DNA from: an uncultured Candidatus Saccharibacteria bacterium | GTDB lineage: Bacteria; Patescibacteriota; Dojkabacteria; SC72 | Direction: 5' to 3' | Length of the DNA: 48,917 nt | NCBI GenBank assembly: GCA_964655705.1 | Contig: CAZZPP010000001.1 | Location: 9,207 to 58,123 of the forward strand | Shown here: positions 1 through 9,459 of the stretch, piece after piece | How the letters are laid out: every line of letters begins with the position of its first letter | How positions within the stretch are numbered: the first letter of the stretch is position 1 | Notes under the pieces: model-generated | Seen by the model: only the letters and a program-made list of their open reading frames with translations | Databases searched by the model: none | Told to the model about the DNA's origin: nothing | Program-made: the position numbers and the translations under genes

Positions 1-2022
1 TGGTCATGTACAGGTGGTACTTTGATTGAAAATGTGATAACTCTAACTTCTGAAGACGATGTAACATGTACAATCACTAATACTGCACAACCAGCAACAG
101 TAGTTGTTTACAAGAATGTTGTTGATTGGAACGGAAGTGAAGCATATTCTGATCAGGAGTTTGAAGTGATACTTGAAGGAAAGCTTTTGGTACCTTCTCA
201 GAATATTAGAGATTCAGAATTAGAACCAATGGTAGCTACTTTTGGTTTGCTAGATGCAGGAATATATACACCAACTGAAATAAATGTACCTGATGGATAC
301 ATATTTAATGAATGTTCTGTATATAGGCCTGTATTGAGTGATACAGAAATGTCAGCTATGTCCGTTCGTCCAACCAATTATGTAGGTAATGGAGAAACAC
401 TTGCATTTGTATGTGAGAACGAAGCAATACAACCAGAGTTAACTATCACAAAAGATAATGATAGTCCCATCTCAGGATTAGAAACAGGAAGTACAGTACT
501 TTACACATTAAGAATTGAAGCTCCATCTAATGAAACAGAAGGAACATATCTTGTTAACAATGTAAAAGTAACTGACATATTACCTGAAGGATTTGGATAT
601 GTAGCAGGTAGCTGGACAGCAGTATCCTCAGTTAGAGGAGATCTTAAAGCATTAAATATAACTAACCAACCAACATATAATGGCTCTCCTGCAACCTGGA
701 TACTAGGAAAAATGGTAGAAGGAGAAGTAATAACTCTAACATATGTTGCTAAAATTAACCTTCTTAATGAACCAGGAACATATAAAGATCTGGCATATGT
801 ACAAGGAGATTCCATACTAGCAGTATTAGATACTGGAGATGTATTAGGTCTAAGTTATAACGGAGGATATACACTTACTGAAACATTTGGAAAAAACTTC
901 GTAGGAACAAGAGTATTAATAATTGAACCAATAGAAGATGGAGGAGAAGTATTAGGAGCATCTATTACCTTACCAGTTACAGGTGCAGATACATATATAA
1001 CATTAGGAGCATTAATATCTATGATATTAGGATTTGTATTAATACTGTTTGGAAAGAAAAGAAAAATAGGGACTCTCTTTGTAGCCCTTGTAATCTCTCT
1101 TGGGTTGTTTACATTGTTAAAACCAATTGAAACATATGCCCAAACTCAAACACAAGTAAGTATTAGGTTAGAACAACCTAAAACAGGAATAACAGATAAA
1201 GAGTTTGAAATAACATATGTAGCTCTATCCATACCAGCACAACCATTAACAATACAATGTAAATACTCAACAGATGAGAATACCTGGGTTGATTTTGATA
1301 CTCCTAAAACAGCAAACAGTGATAGCTGTAGGGTAAATGAAACCGTAATTACTGGAAGCGGAACATACTACTTTAAAGTTGTTGCATCAACTACAGGTGG
1401 AGGAGCAGATTCTCAAGTAGTAAGTGTAGATATAATAGGGAACCCCTTACCAGTAACAGAGTACTCAAAAACAGAAGGAACATGTACATATACTCTTAAA
1501 TTTAAATCAACTACATCTAAAGTACAAATATATAGATCAGACAATCAGAAATCCTTCTATGCAGATGATACAACCTTAATAACCAAACCATCCCTTTCTG
1601 TTACACCTAACGTATTAACAACATATACAGACTCTAGTATTACAGACTGCTCTAAAGATTACTACTACGCAATTAGGTCCATAGATGACTACAACAATGT
1701 ATCTACCTTAGTAACAGATGACATTGTTACCATTGTAAGAACACCAGCCCCAATAACACCAACTACTCCAACTGAAATAACAGATGATGAAGGTGAAGTT
1801 GAAGGAGACGAAACAGCAATTGATGAAGAAGAAAAGGAAGATGAAAAAGAGGAAGGAGATGTTAAAGGAGATGAGGATACAGATTCTGAAAATGGAGAAG
1901 AAGACCAGGAAGATGAGAATAGTATTAAATCAATATGGGATGAATACAGATATTTAATTATCGCAATGGTAGTGGTAGCATTAGGAAGTGGAGTATACAA
2001 CTATGTCAGAAGAAAAAAGTAA
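1..2022 (+). CDS. 5'-truncated multidomain surface protein: pilin/SpaA-like repeat end, DUF11-like domain, internal LPVTG+TM+KKRK sorting signal, second signal peptide, FN3/Ig-like region, acidic linker, C-terminal TM
   Basis: Frame is open from base 1 (WSCTGGTLIEN..DVTCTITN). DUF11-like pattern LTITK..TVLYTLRI..VKVTDILPEGF.YV.GS. LPVTG at 970-984. D/E-rich stretch near 1785-1920. Ends in a hydrophobic helix plus RRKK. Confidence 0.8.
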   Translation, partial: WSCTGGTLIENVITLTSEDDVTCTITNTAQPATVVVYKNVVDWNGSEAYSDQEFEVILEGKLLVPSQNIRDSELEPMVATFGLLDAGIYTPTEINVPDGYIFNECSVYRPVLSDTEMSAMSVRPTNYVGNGETLAFVCENEAIQPELTITKDNDSPISGLETGSTVLYTLRIEAPSNETEGTYLVNNVKVTDILPEGFGYVAGSWTAVSSVRGDLKALNITNQPTYNGSPATWILGKMVEGEVITLTYVAKINLLNEPGTYKDLAYVQGDSILAVLDTGDVLGLSYNGGYTLTETFGKNFVGTRVLIIEPIEDGGEVLGASITLPVTGADTYITLGALISMILGFVLILFGKKRKIGTLFVALVISLGLFTLLKPIETYAQTQTQVSIRLEQPKTGITDKEFEITYVALSIPAQPLTIQCKYSTDENTWVDFDTPKTANSDSCRVNETVITGSGTYYFKVVASTTGGGADSQVVSVDIIGNPLPVTEYSKTEGTCTYTLKFKSTTSKVQIYRSDNQKSFYADDTTLITKPSLSVTPNVLTTYTDSSITDCSKDYYYAIRSIDDYNNVSTLVTDDIVTIVRTPAPITPTTPTEITDDEGEVEGDETAIDEEEKEDEKEEGDVKGDEDTDSENGEEDQEDENSIKSIWDEYRYLIIAMVVVALGSGVYNYVRRKK

Positions 2023-2668
2023 GAAATCTAAAGCAGGATACATAAAATATATAGGTATCCTGCTCCTTCTCCTTGGTTTGGGAATTCTGTACTATACATT
2101 TCAACCATTTATCTCTTCATATCTTGATTATAAATTAACCCCTGAACCGCAAAAAGAGATTAAGATTGAACTAACCAAGGGAGATGAAGAGATTACTACT
2201 GAGATTAAGAAGGATACAGAAGTAGTATTTGTTAATAGTGAATTCGGTCTTTACATTCCAAAAATACAAGCAAATGCGAAAGTAATAAAAAATATTGACC
2301 CATACGATTACGATGCATACCGTAATGCATTAATATATGGAGTAGTACATGCGAAAGGTAGTGCACTCCCTTCTGAACCTGGAAATGTATTTCTTTTTGC
2401 TCATTCTACAGTAAACTTCTATGAAAGAAGAAAATACAATGTATATTTTTACCTTCTAGGAGAATTAGAAAAAGATGATCCAATATATGTAAGCTATCAA
2501 GGGGGAATGTATAAATACAAGGTATTAGAGTTCAAAGTTGTAAAACCTGAAGAGATTCAATATATGGGTGAATATTTAGATCAAGATACTCTTACTCTAA
2601 TGACCTGTTGGCCAGTAGGATCAAATAGTAAAAGAGCAATAGTTACAGCTATACGGGATTTAGAGTAA
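2003..2668 (+). CDS. Sortase (first paralog)
   Basis: N-terminal TM anchor; catalytic His (FLFAHS), Cys (TLMTCWP) and Arg (KRAIVTA). ATG 2003 preferred to GTG 1988; overlaps the upstream stop. Confidence 0.92.
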   Translation: MSEEKSKKSKAGYIKYIGILLLLLGLGILYYTFQPFISSYLDYKLTPEPQKEIKIELTKGDEEITTEIKKDTEVVFVNSEFGLYIPKIQANAKVIKNIDPYDYDAYRNALIYGVVHAKGSALPSEPGNVFLFAHSTVNFYERRKYNVYFYLLGELEKDDPIYVSYQGGMYKYKVLEFKVVKPEEIQYMGEYLDQDTLTLMTCWPVGSNSKRAIVTAIRDLE

Positions 2669-2727
2669 AAAAATATCCCAATATCCTGTAAAATACATAG
2701 TTATACATTATATATACATATACAAAT

Positions 2728-3576
2728 ATGAAAATACTTGATGGTAAACAAACAGCATTAAAGATATCCACTAGATTGAAAAAAGAAATATCAGAATTCT
2801 TACAACAAGGGAAGAGAGCTCCTAAGATAGAAATAATTCTTGTTGGAGATGATTATGCAAGTAAGATGTATGTAGATATGAAATCTAAGAAAGCTCTGGA
2901 TTTAGGTATAGATGTAAAAGTACATTCTTTAGAAGAAAACACAACAACAGAGGAGTTGGAAAAAATCTTAAACGAGTTAAATCAGAATGCCAGTATCGAT
3001 GGAATAATGGTTCAATTACCATTACCAAAACATATTGAGGAGAAAAGAATCCTGGGAATTATTTCTCCTCTTAAAGATGTAGATGGATTAACATCATATA
3101 ACTTGGGGAAACTTTTTAAAAATGATAGCAGTGCAATAGCGCCAGCAACTGCAAAGGGTGTAATACTACTTCTTAAAGAATACGACATCCAAATTGATGG
3201 TAAAAATGTAGTTGTAATTGGAAGGGGGGATATTGCAGGACTACCAATTGCAGCTATGCTTCAAAATGAAAATGGTACTGTAACAATATGTCATTCACAT
3301 ACGCAGAACTTAAAAGGAATATGTAAGAATGCCGATATCTTAGTATCTAGTATAGGGAAACCTGAATATATTAATTCTGAATATATTAAAGAAGGAAGCA
3401 TTGTAATTGATGTAGGAACCAACAGGAATACTGATGGAAAGTTAGTAGGAGATATAGACTTTTACTCTGTTAAAGATTTAGTCAAATATATTACACCAGT
3501 ACCTGGTGGTGTCGGCCCTATGACAATTGCTTGTCTGTTTGATAATTTAATTGAGATATATAGAAAGAATGTATAA
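2728..3576 (+). CDS. folD: Methylenetetrahydrofolate dehydrogenase/cyclohydrolase
   Basis: MKILDGK start, [31 protein letters not shown]. Confidence 0.97.
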   Translation: MKILDGKQTALKISTRLKKEISEFLQQGKRAPKIEIILVGDDYASKMYVDMKSKKALDLGIDVKVHSLEENTTTEELEKILNELNQNASIDGIMVQLPLPKHIEEKRILGIISPLKDVDGLTSYNLGKLFKNDSSAIAPATAKGVILLLKEYDIQIDGKNVVVIGRGDIAGLPIAAMLQNENGTVTICHSHTQNLKGICKNADILVSSIGKPEYINSEYIKEGSIVIDVGTNRNTDGKLVGDIDFYSVKDLVKYITPVPGGVGPMTIACLFDNLIEIYRKNV

Positions 3577-4798
3577 AGACGAGATTTTTAAATATATAGA
3601 TGAAGAAGCGAAAAGACAGAAGGAAGGAATAGAGTTAATTGCTTCAGAAAACTATGTAAGTGAGGATGTCCTTAAAGCAATGGGAAGTATATTAACAAAC
3701 AAATATTCTGAAGGATATCCAGACAAAAGATATTATGGTGGAAATAAATATATAGATGAAATAGAAAAAGAGTGTATCCAAAGGGCTAAAGATCTTTTTA
3801 AGGCAGAGCATGTTAATGTTCAACCATATTCTGGCTCTCCTGCTAATTTAGCAGTACATCTTGCGTTCTTAAATCCAGGAGATAAAACAATGGGTATGGA
3901 ACTTTCTGCGGGAGGACATCTAACACACGGTTTTAAAGTATCTATCAGTGGTAAATATTTTAATTCTGTAAGTTATGGTGTAAATAGAGAAGGATATATT
4001 GACTATAATGAAGTAAGAGAAATTGCATTAGAGCATAAACCTAAATTAATATGGAGTGGATTTAGTGCATACTCAAGAGTTATTGATTGGAATGAATTTA
4101 GAAAGATAGCAGATGAGGTTGGAGCAATATTAGTTGCAGATATAGCACATGTTGCAGGATTAATTGCAGCAGGAGTATACCCATCTCCTGTAGGTATTGC
4201 TGATGTAGTCACTACAACCACACATAAGACTCTAAGAGGTCCTCGTGGTGCGATGATTATGTGTAAAGAGGAGTATGGAGAGGTAATAGATAAGGCGGTA
4301 TTCCCTGGTCTTCAGGGAGGCCCCCATAACCATACAACTGCAGGTATAGCGATAGCCCTTAAAGAGGCTATGAGTGATGAATTTAAAGAGTATTCCAAAC
4401 AAATAGTATTAAACTCAAAAGCTTTAGCTAAAGCATTGATGGATAAAGGGTATAGCATTGTATCTGGGGGAACAGATAATCATTTGTTCTTGGTTGATAC
4501 TGTAAAAAGTGTAAACATGAGTGGTAAAGAGGCTTCGGATATTTTGGAAAGTGTAAATATTACATTAAACAAAAATAGTATCCCATACGATGAAAGAAAA
4601 CCATGGGATCCATCAGGTGTAAGAATAGGAACACCAGCGATTACAACTAGAGGCATGAAAGAGAAAGAGATGGAACAGATAGCAGGATATATAGATAGAG
4701 CATTAAAGAGTAAATCAAAGGAGGAGATCAATTTAATTAGAGATGAGGTTAAGAAGTTTACTAAAGATTTTCCAATTCCTGGAATAGATAAATTGTAA
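3569..4798 (+). CDS. glyA: Serine hydroxymethyltransferase
   Basis: [41 protein letters not shown] (PLP Lys), [17 protein letters not shown] 3569 preferred to TTG 3551. Confidence 0.98.
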   Translation: MYKDEIFKYIDEEAKRQKEGIELIASENYVSEDVLKAMGSILTNKYSEGYPDKRYYGGNKYIDEIEKECIQRAKDLFKAEHVNVQPYSGSPANLAVHLAFLNPGDKTMGMELSAGGHLTHGFKVSISGKYFNSVSYGVNREGYIDYNEVREIALEHKPKLIWSGFSAYSRVIDWNEFRKIADEVGAILVADIAHVAGLIAAGVYPSPVGIADVVTTTTHKTLRGPRGAMIMCKEEYGEVIDKAVFPGLQGGPHNHTTAGIAIALKEAMSDEFKEYSKQIVLNSKALAKALMDKGYSIVSGGTDNHLFLVDTVKSVNMSGKEASDILESVNITLNKNSIPYDERKPWDPSGVRIGTPAITTRGMKEKEMEQIAGYIDRALKSKSKEEINLIRDEVKKFTKDFPIPGIDKL

Positions 4799-4808
4799 TA
4801 CATCTTAA

Positions 4809-6404
4809 ATGAAGGGTAATTTCTTAAAAGAGTTACAGATTGCTACCGTACAATCTGAATCTAATTGGAATCATTTTAAAGTTCACACTCTTCTACAAAA
4901 CTGTCATCAGAAACAACCCTCAATTAATGCTTACCTTGGAGCAAGATATAGTAGATCTAGTGATAGTATTGTTGATATTGCAAAAGAAATTATTCAAAAC
5001 AATACAGATGCAGCACAAAGACTAGAAGCAATATTCCATGGGTATGGTCATAAATCAGTAGGAGATATGGCAGAGCTTTTTGTATGTATAGAGAATATCC
5101 CAATGTATACAGCTATGAGAATTTTCTACCTTAATTCCGTTATCTCTGGTCAAGAGAGATCTACAAGATATCAAAATTTTAAAGATCCTCAATATATAAA
5201 AATTCCTAAAGAGGTTTGTAGCGATGAGAACATTAGAAAGGAGTATGAATCAATAATATTAAAACAGATGAACGACTATTCCTCTCTTTTAGAGAAAACA
5301 AAAGTATATCTCAAAGAATATTTCCATATTGATGAGGAGATTAAAGAAGAAAAATCTGTTCTTCAAGCTAGAAGTTTTGATACTGCTAGGTATCTATTAC
5401 CTTATGGATTACAAACGAGTATGGCAGCAGTGATGTCTGCAAGAAATTGGTCTGAACTAATTTCCTATCTTCATGCTAGTGACAATGTTGTAGAAAATGA
5501 AATTGGTAAACTACTTTACAATCTCTTGGGTGAATCTAAGATAGATATTAATGGATATATTAGAGAAGCAGATGGACTAATTAGGCATACTGATGCTAAC
5601 TGTTGTAGAAGAAATTCAACTAATGAGATATTAGAATATATATCTAAAGGAGTATTCCCACAAAAGGAGTATGAAAATATGGGTTGTGAGTGTGATTCTT
5701 GTAGTGTTAGTTTTCATACCAATACTACTGAGAATCTCGTAACTAACTATGAATTACTTCTTAATCCATTAGGTAGTACTAATGAGTATGAATTTGATCA
5801 AGAGGATTGTAAGGAGATCGGGGGAATTATATTTGAGAATCATAATCAGCACAATTTAATGGGAAATATTGGACAGAGTGGTGCTATTAAAATAGAGGGA
5901 ATGGCTACATTAGGAACACTTAAAGATTTAAATAGGCATAGAAGTTTAGAAAGATATATTCCTCTATTTCATGATCAAATAAATATAGATAACGAATTAG
6001 ATAGGGATAATGAAGATTGCTTCTTCCTATGCAACTATCTCGAGATTCCTAAACTAAAAGAGTTAAGGAAAGAGTATGAGAATTGTTTGAAAGATACATA
6101 TGATTTGATAAAAAAGTGGAGAAAAGTCTCATCTCAGTTTATGTCCGATGAAGTATCAAAAGAGTATACTAAGTATTTACTACCCCATGCACATTCCACA
6201 AAGTATATCTTCTATGGTTCCTTTGATGATTTGCAGTACACAATTAATCTGAGGAGTAGAAGAGGTGGACATATCTCATACCGAAGTTTAGTGTATAGGT
6301 GGTTGGAACTATTAAACAGTGAAGAGAGTATATGGTATCCTTTATTGAATAGTATTGAGTCCCCAGACCCTAGTTCTAGGGAGCAGTTTCTAGATAGAAG
6401 TTAA
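4809..6404 (+). CDS. thyX: FAD-dependent thymidylate synthase, long two-domain form
   Basis: ARYSRS, GYGHKSV, QERSTRY in domain 1; DLNRHRS and YTINLRS in domain 2; context folD-glyA-dcd. Confidence 0.88.
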   Translation: MKGNFLKELQIATVQSESNWNHFKVHTLLQNCHQKQPSINAYLGARYSRSSDSIVDIAKEIIQNNTDAAQRLEAIFHGYGHKSVGDMAELFVCIENIPMYTAMRIFYLNSVISGQERSTRYQNFKDPQYIKIPKEVCSDENIRKEYESIILKQMNDYSSLLEKTKVYLKEYFHIDEEIKEEKSVLQARSFDTARYLLPYGLQTSMAAVMSARNWSELISYLHASDNVVENEIGKLLYNLLGESKIDINGYIREADGLIRHTDANCCRRNSTNEILEYISKGVFPQKEYENMGCECDSCSVSFHTNTTENLVTNYELLLNPLGSTNEYEFDQEDCKEIGGIIFENHNQHNLMGNIGQSGAIKIEGMATLGTLKDLNRHRSLERYIPLFHDQINIDNELDRDNEDCFFLCNYLEIPKLKELRKEYENCLKDTYDLIKKWRKVSSQFMSDEVSKEYTKYLLPHAHSTKYIFYGSFDDLQYTINLRSRRGGHISYRSLVYRWLELLNSEESIWYPLLNSIESPDPSSREQFLDRS

Positions 6405-6421
6405 ATTTAAACAGAAGAGAA

Positions 6422-6982
6422 ATGATACTTGCTGATAGGAGTATAAAAGAGAAATTGCGCAGTGGGGAGATAAGTATAGAGCCTTTCTCGGATGAATTTC
6501 TACAGCCTGCTTCATATGATTTACATTTAGATAAAAACATATTACTGTTTAATACGGATAAGCATGATTCCATTGATGTAAAAAATCCTGTAGAAGATTT
6601 AATGATTAAGGTAGAGATGAGTGAACAAGAGGGTTTTTTGATTAAACCAAGCCAATTCATACTAGCTAACGCAGTGGAGATAACAGGTGTAGACGCAAGA
6701 CATGTGGGTAGACTTGAAGGTAAGAGCTCCTTAGCCAGAATGGGCTTAATCATACATGTTACCGCAGGATTTTTAGATCCTGGTAATAAACTAAGATTAA
6801 CTTTAGAGATAGTAAATCTTTCTCCTTTACCAATTAGGATATATCCAGGTATGAAGATTGCTCAACTAGCTTTTGAGGAATTAGATAAAAATTGTGAAAG
6901 GCCCTACGGTAGTACTGGCTTAAATAGTAAGTACAAAGGAGATTTAACAGTTCAGGCTAGTAAGATGTATAAGAATTTTTAA
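6422..6982 (+). CDS. dcd: dCTP deaminase
   Basis: MILAD, QPASYDL, GKSSLARMG, TAGFLDPG, LTLEIVN, GMKIAQL. Confidence 0.96.
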   Translation: MILADRSIKEKLRSGEISIEPFSDEFLQPASYDLHLDKNILLFNTDKHDSIDVKNPVEDLMIKVEMSEQEGFLIKPSQFILANAVEITGVDARHVGRLEGKSSLARMGLIIHVTAGFLDPGNKLRLTLEIVNLSPLPIRIYPGMKIAQLAFEELDKNCERPYGSTGLNSKYKGDLTVQASKMYKNF

Positions 6983-6998
6983 ATTAGTCATTTTAAAA

Positions 6999-8291
6999 AT
7001 GTTTGATGATATTAGAAAAGAGTTTCCCATATTAAAAAGTAGCATCTTTGATAGGGGATTAGTGTATTTAGATAGTGCTGCTACAACACAGAAACCTCAA
7101 GTAGTAATAGATAGAATATCTCAGTATTACAGTAAAGAGAATGCAAATATTCATAGAGGCCCATATGATTTGTCCATTAATGCTACAAATCTTTGGAAAG
7201 AGTCCCATCAAATAGTAGCTGATTTCTTAAATGCAGATTCATACAAGGAGATACTCTTTGTTAGAAATACTACAGAGGGTTTAAACTTCTTAGTAAACAC
7301 TTTTGGAAAGACTCTTCTTTCTGAGGGAGATACTGTAGTAATAACTGAAATGGAGCACCATAGTAATATTGTACCTTGGATGATACTTCAAAGAGATATT
7401 AAATTTAATATTGAGTATATTCCTGTTAAAGATGATTACACACTTGATTTAGACTGGGTAAAGGATTTAATTAAGAAAGAAGACAAGAGGATAAAGGTCA
7501 TATCTGTAATGCATATTTCTAATGTCTTAGGTGTTAAGAATGATGTAAAGGAGATATTTAAGATGGCTAAGAAAATAGGGGCTTTTACAATACTTGATGC
7601 AGCTCAAAGTATTGCTAGATGTAAAGTGGATGTTAAAGAGATTGGATGTGATGCTTTGGTATTTTCAGGACATAAGGTATATGGTCCTACAGGTAGTGGC
7701 GCCATATATATTAATCTGAAATATCTCGATAACCTTTTACCATGGATGGGAGGTGGGGAGATGATTGAGTCTGTTACTAAGGAAGGTTTTGAATATAATG
7801 AATTACCTTGGAAATTCGAAGCAGGTACTCCTGACATTGCAGATGGGATAGCACTAGGTACCGCATTAAATTGGTTAAGGGATACTGTTGAAAAGGTGGG
7901 TGGTTGGGATATGGTAATTAATCATGAACAGGGATTAATGGGTAACTTCCTAAATGAGTTTAATGGTATTGATTGGTTTGTTCATTTTGGTCCTGATGAT
8001 ATAGCTCTTAAGTATGGGGCTATTGCATTCAATATTAAGGGTTTTAAGTTTAGAGGATGTAAGGATGTTAATAGTCTTGATACTAAACAGGATGGAGAGG
8101 GGATTATGGAGTTTCTAAATAGAAAAGGTATTGCATTTAGAGAAGGGTTTCATTGTGCAGAGCCCTTACATGATAGATTCTGTACAGGTCCTACATTAAG
8201 ATTAAGTCTGGGTATATACAGCAATGAGTCTGATATGAAGTATGCTGCTAACTCTCTTAAAGAGGCTGTACTAAGTGGTCTAGCCTTGTAA
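6999..8291 (+). CDS. sufS: SufS-type cysteine desulfurase
   Basis: YLDSAATTQKP, EMEHHSN, DAAQS, FSGHK.YGP, FEAGTP, REGFHCA (catalytic Cys). Confidence 0.9.
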   Translation: MFDDIRKEFPILKSSIFDRGLVYLDSAATTQKPQVVIDRISQYYSKENANIHRGPYDLSINATNLWKESHQIVADFLNADSYKEILFVRNTTEGLNFLVNTFGKTLLSEGDTVVITEMEHHSNIVPWMILQRDIKFNIEYIPVKDDYTLDLDWVKDLIKKEDKRIKVISVMHISNVLGVKNDVKEIFKMAKKIGAFTILDAAQSIARCKVDVKEIGCDALVFSGHKVYGPTGSGAIYINLKYLDNLLPWMGGGEMIESVTKEGFEYNELPWKFEAGTPDIADGIALGTALNWLRDTVEKVGGWDMVINHEQGLMGNFLNEFNGIDWFVHFGPDDIALKYGAIAFNIKGFKFRGCKDVNSLDTKQDGEGIMEFLNRKGIAFREGFHCAEPLHDRFCTGPTLRLSLGIYSNESDMKYAANSLKEAVLSGLAL

Positions 8292-8364
8292 TATATATCA
8301 TAATCATATGTTTTATCTATGTTATAGGTCAGGAATCTGTGCCTCTAATATGATATATTTTGAT

Positions 8365-9459
8365 ATGGATTACTCAAATGACAATGGGATGATTGCTGAA
8401 ATAGTAGAGTTAGGAAATAAACTCTCTTCTTCTAATACGCCTGTTGAATTAAAAGAACAGGTTATGCGTACCATACAAAGACTTGAGAGAATGGCTAAAT
8501 GGGGTAGCTATAGTTCTGAATTTGAGAGTGTAGATAAATATGTTGATTGGGTAACAAGAATACCTTGGGGAGTAGTTTCTGAAGACAATTTAGATATTAA
8601 GAATGCAAAAGAGCTCTTAGATTCTACTCACTATGGAATAGAAACAGTAAAGGAGATGATATTGGACTATATTGCAGCTATGCAATTAAAGAAGTTGGTT
8701 AAAGGGAAAGATAGTGTTGAAAAAACTCCTACTACTCCAACATTACTTTTCCTAGGTCTTCAGGGTATTGGTAAGACAACTATTGCTCAATCAATAGCAA
8801 AGGCTATGGGTAGGAAGTTTGCTAGAATATCTTTAGGTGCAGTCGGTGATGTAAGAACTCTAAGAGGTGTTCCTAGGCATGAGATAGATTCAGAACCTGG
8901 TCAAGTTATTAAGGCATTAGTAAGAACAGGTACTATGAATCCCGTTATATTGGTAGATGAAATTGAAAAGTCTAGTCAAAACAAGGGTGTCTTAAATGAT
9001 ATTATGGCTGCCCTTTTAGAAATCTTAGATCCTGAACAGAATTCTACTTTTGTAGACCACTATATTGATCATCCAGTAGATCTTTCTCAAGTCTTTTTCA
9101 TTTGTACAGCAAACAACTTAGGAGGGCTATCTGCTGCATTACTAGACAGATTAGAGGTAATCCGTTTTACTAGTTACAATGATCAAGAAAAAGAAGTTAT
9201 TGCAAAACAATATATTCTCCCTAAGGTTTTTGCTAGTATGGGATTGTCTGCTGAATATCTTCAGATATCTCAAGAGGTATGGCCACTTTTAATTAGGCCT
9301 GTTGGTTTTGATGCAGGAATACGTCAATTAGAAAGGAATATCTCTACGTTAGCCAGAAGTGCTGCTAGAGAGATTGTAAGTGGTAAGAGAATACCTGTTG
9401 TAATTACTCCTGAGAACTTAAAGCAGTATGTACTACCTGATCAGGGACCCCTAAGTTAG
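8365..9459 (+). CDS. Lon-family AAA+ ATPase lacking the C-terminal protease domain
   Basis: Lon-like W...IPW, L...HYG...VKE, Walker A GLQGIGKT, Walker B ILVDEIEK, ALLEILDPEQN, TAN, LLDRLE. Stop follows the lid helices. Start 8365 chosen because TG-A-TATATT lies 5 nt upstream (track start 8308). Confidence 0.85.
   Translation: MDYSNDNGMIAEIVELGNKLSSSNTPVELKEQVMRTIQRLERMAKWGSYSSEFESVDKYVDWVTRIPWGVVSEDNLDIKNAKELLDSTHYGIETVKEMILDYIAAMQLKKLVKGKDSVEKTPTTPTLLFLGLQGIGKTTIAQSIAKAMGRKFARISLGAVGDVRTLRGVPRHEIDSEPGQVIKALVRTGTMNPVILVDEIEKSSQNKGVLNDIMAALLEILDPEQNSTFVDHYIDHPVDLSQVFFICTANNLGGLSAALLDRLEVIRFTSYNDQEKEVIAKQYILPKVFASMGLSAEYLQISQEVWPLLIRPVGFDAGIRQLERNISTLARSAAREIVSGKRIPVVITPENLKQYVLPDQGPLS

Noticed and set aside
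501-2000. Minus-strand ORFs 501-815 and 1689-2000
   Set aside because: Shadows of the surface protein; the poly-Ser is the complement of GAA/GAT repeats.
2669-2727. AT-rich spacer as oriC or NrdR box
   Set aside because: Only one poor DnaA-box-like word (TTATACATT), no dnaA/dnaN nearby, and the right half of an NrdR box does not match.
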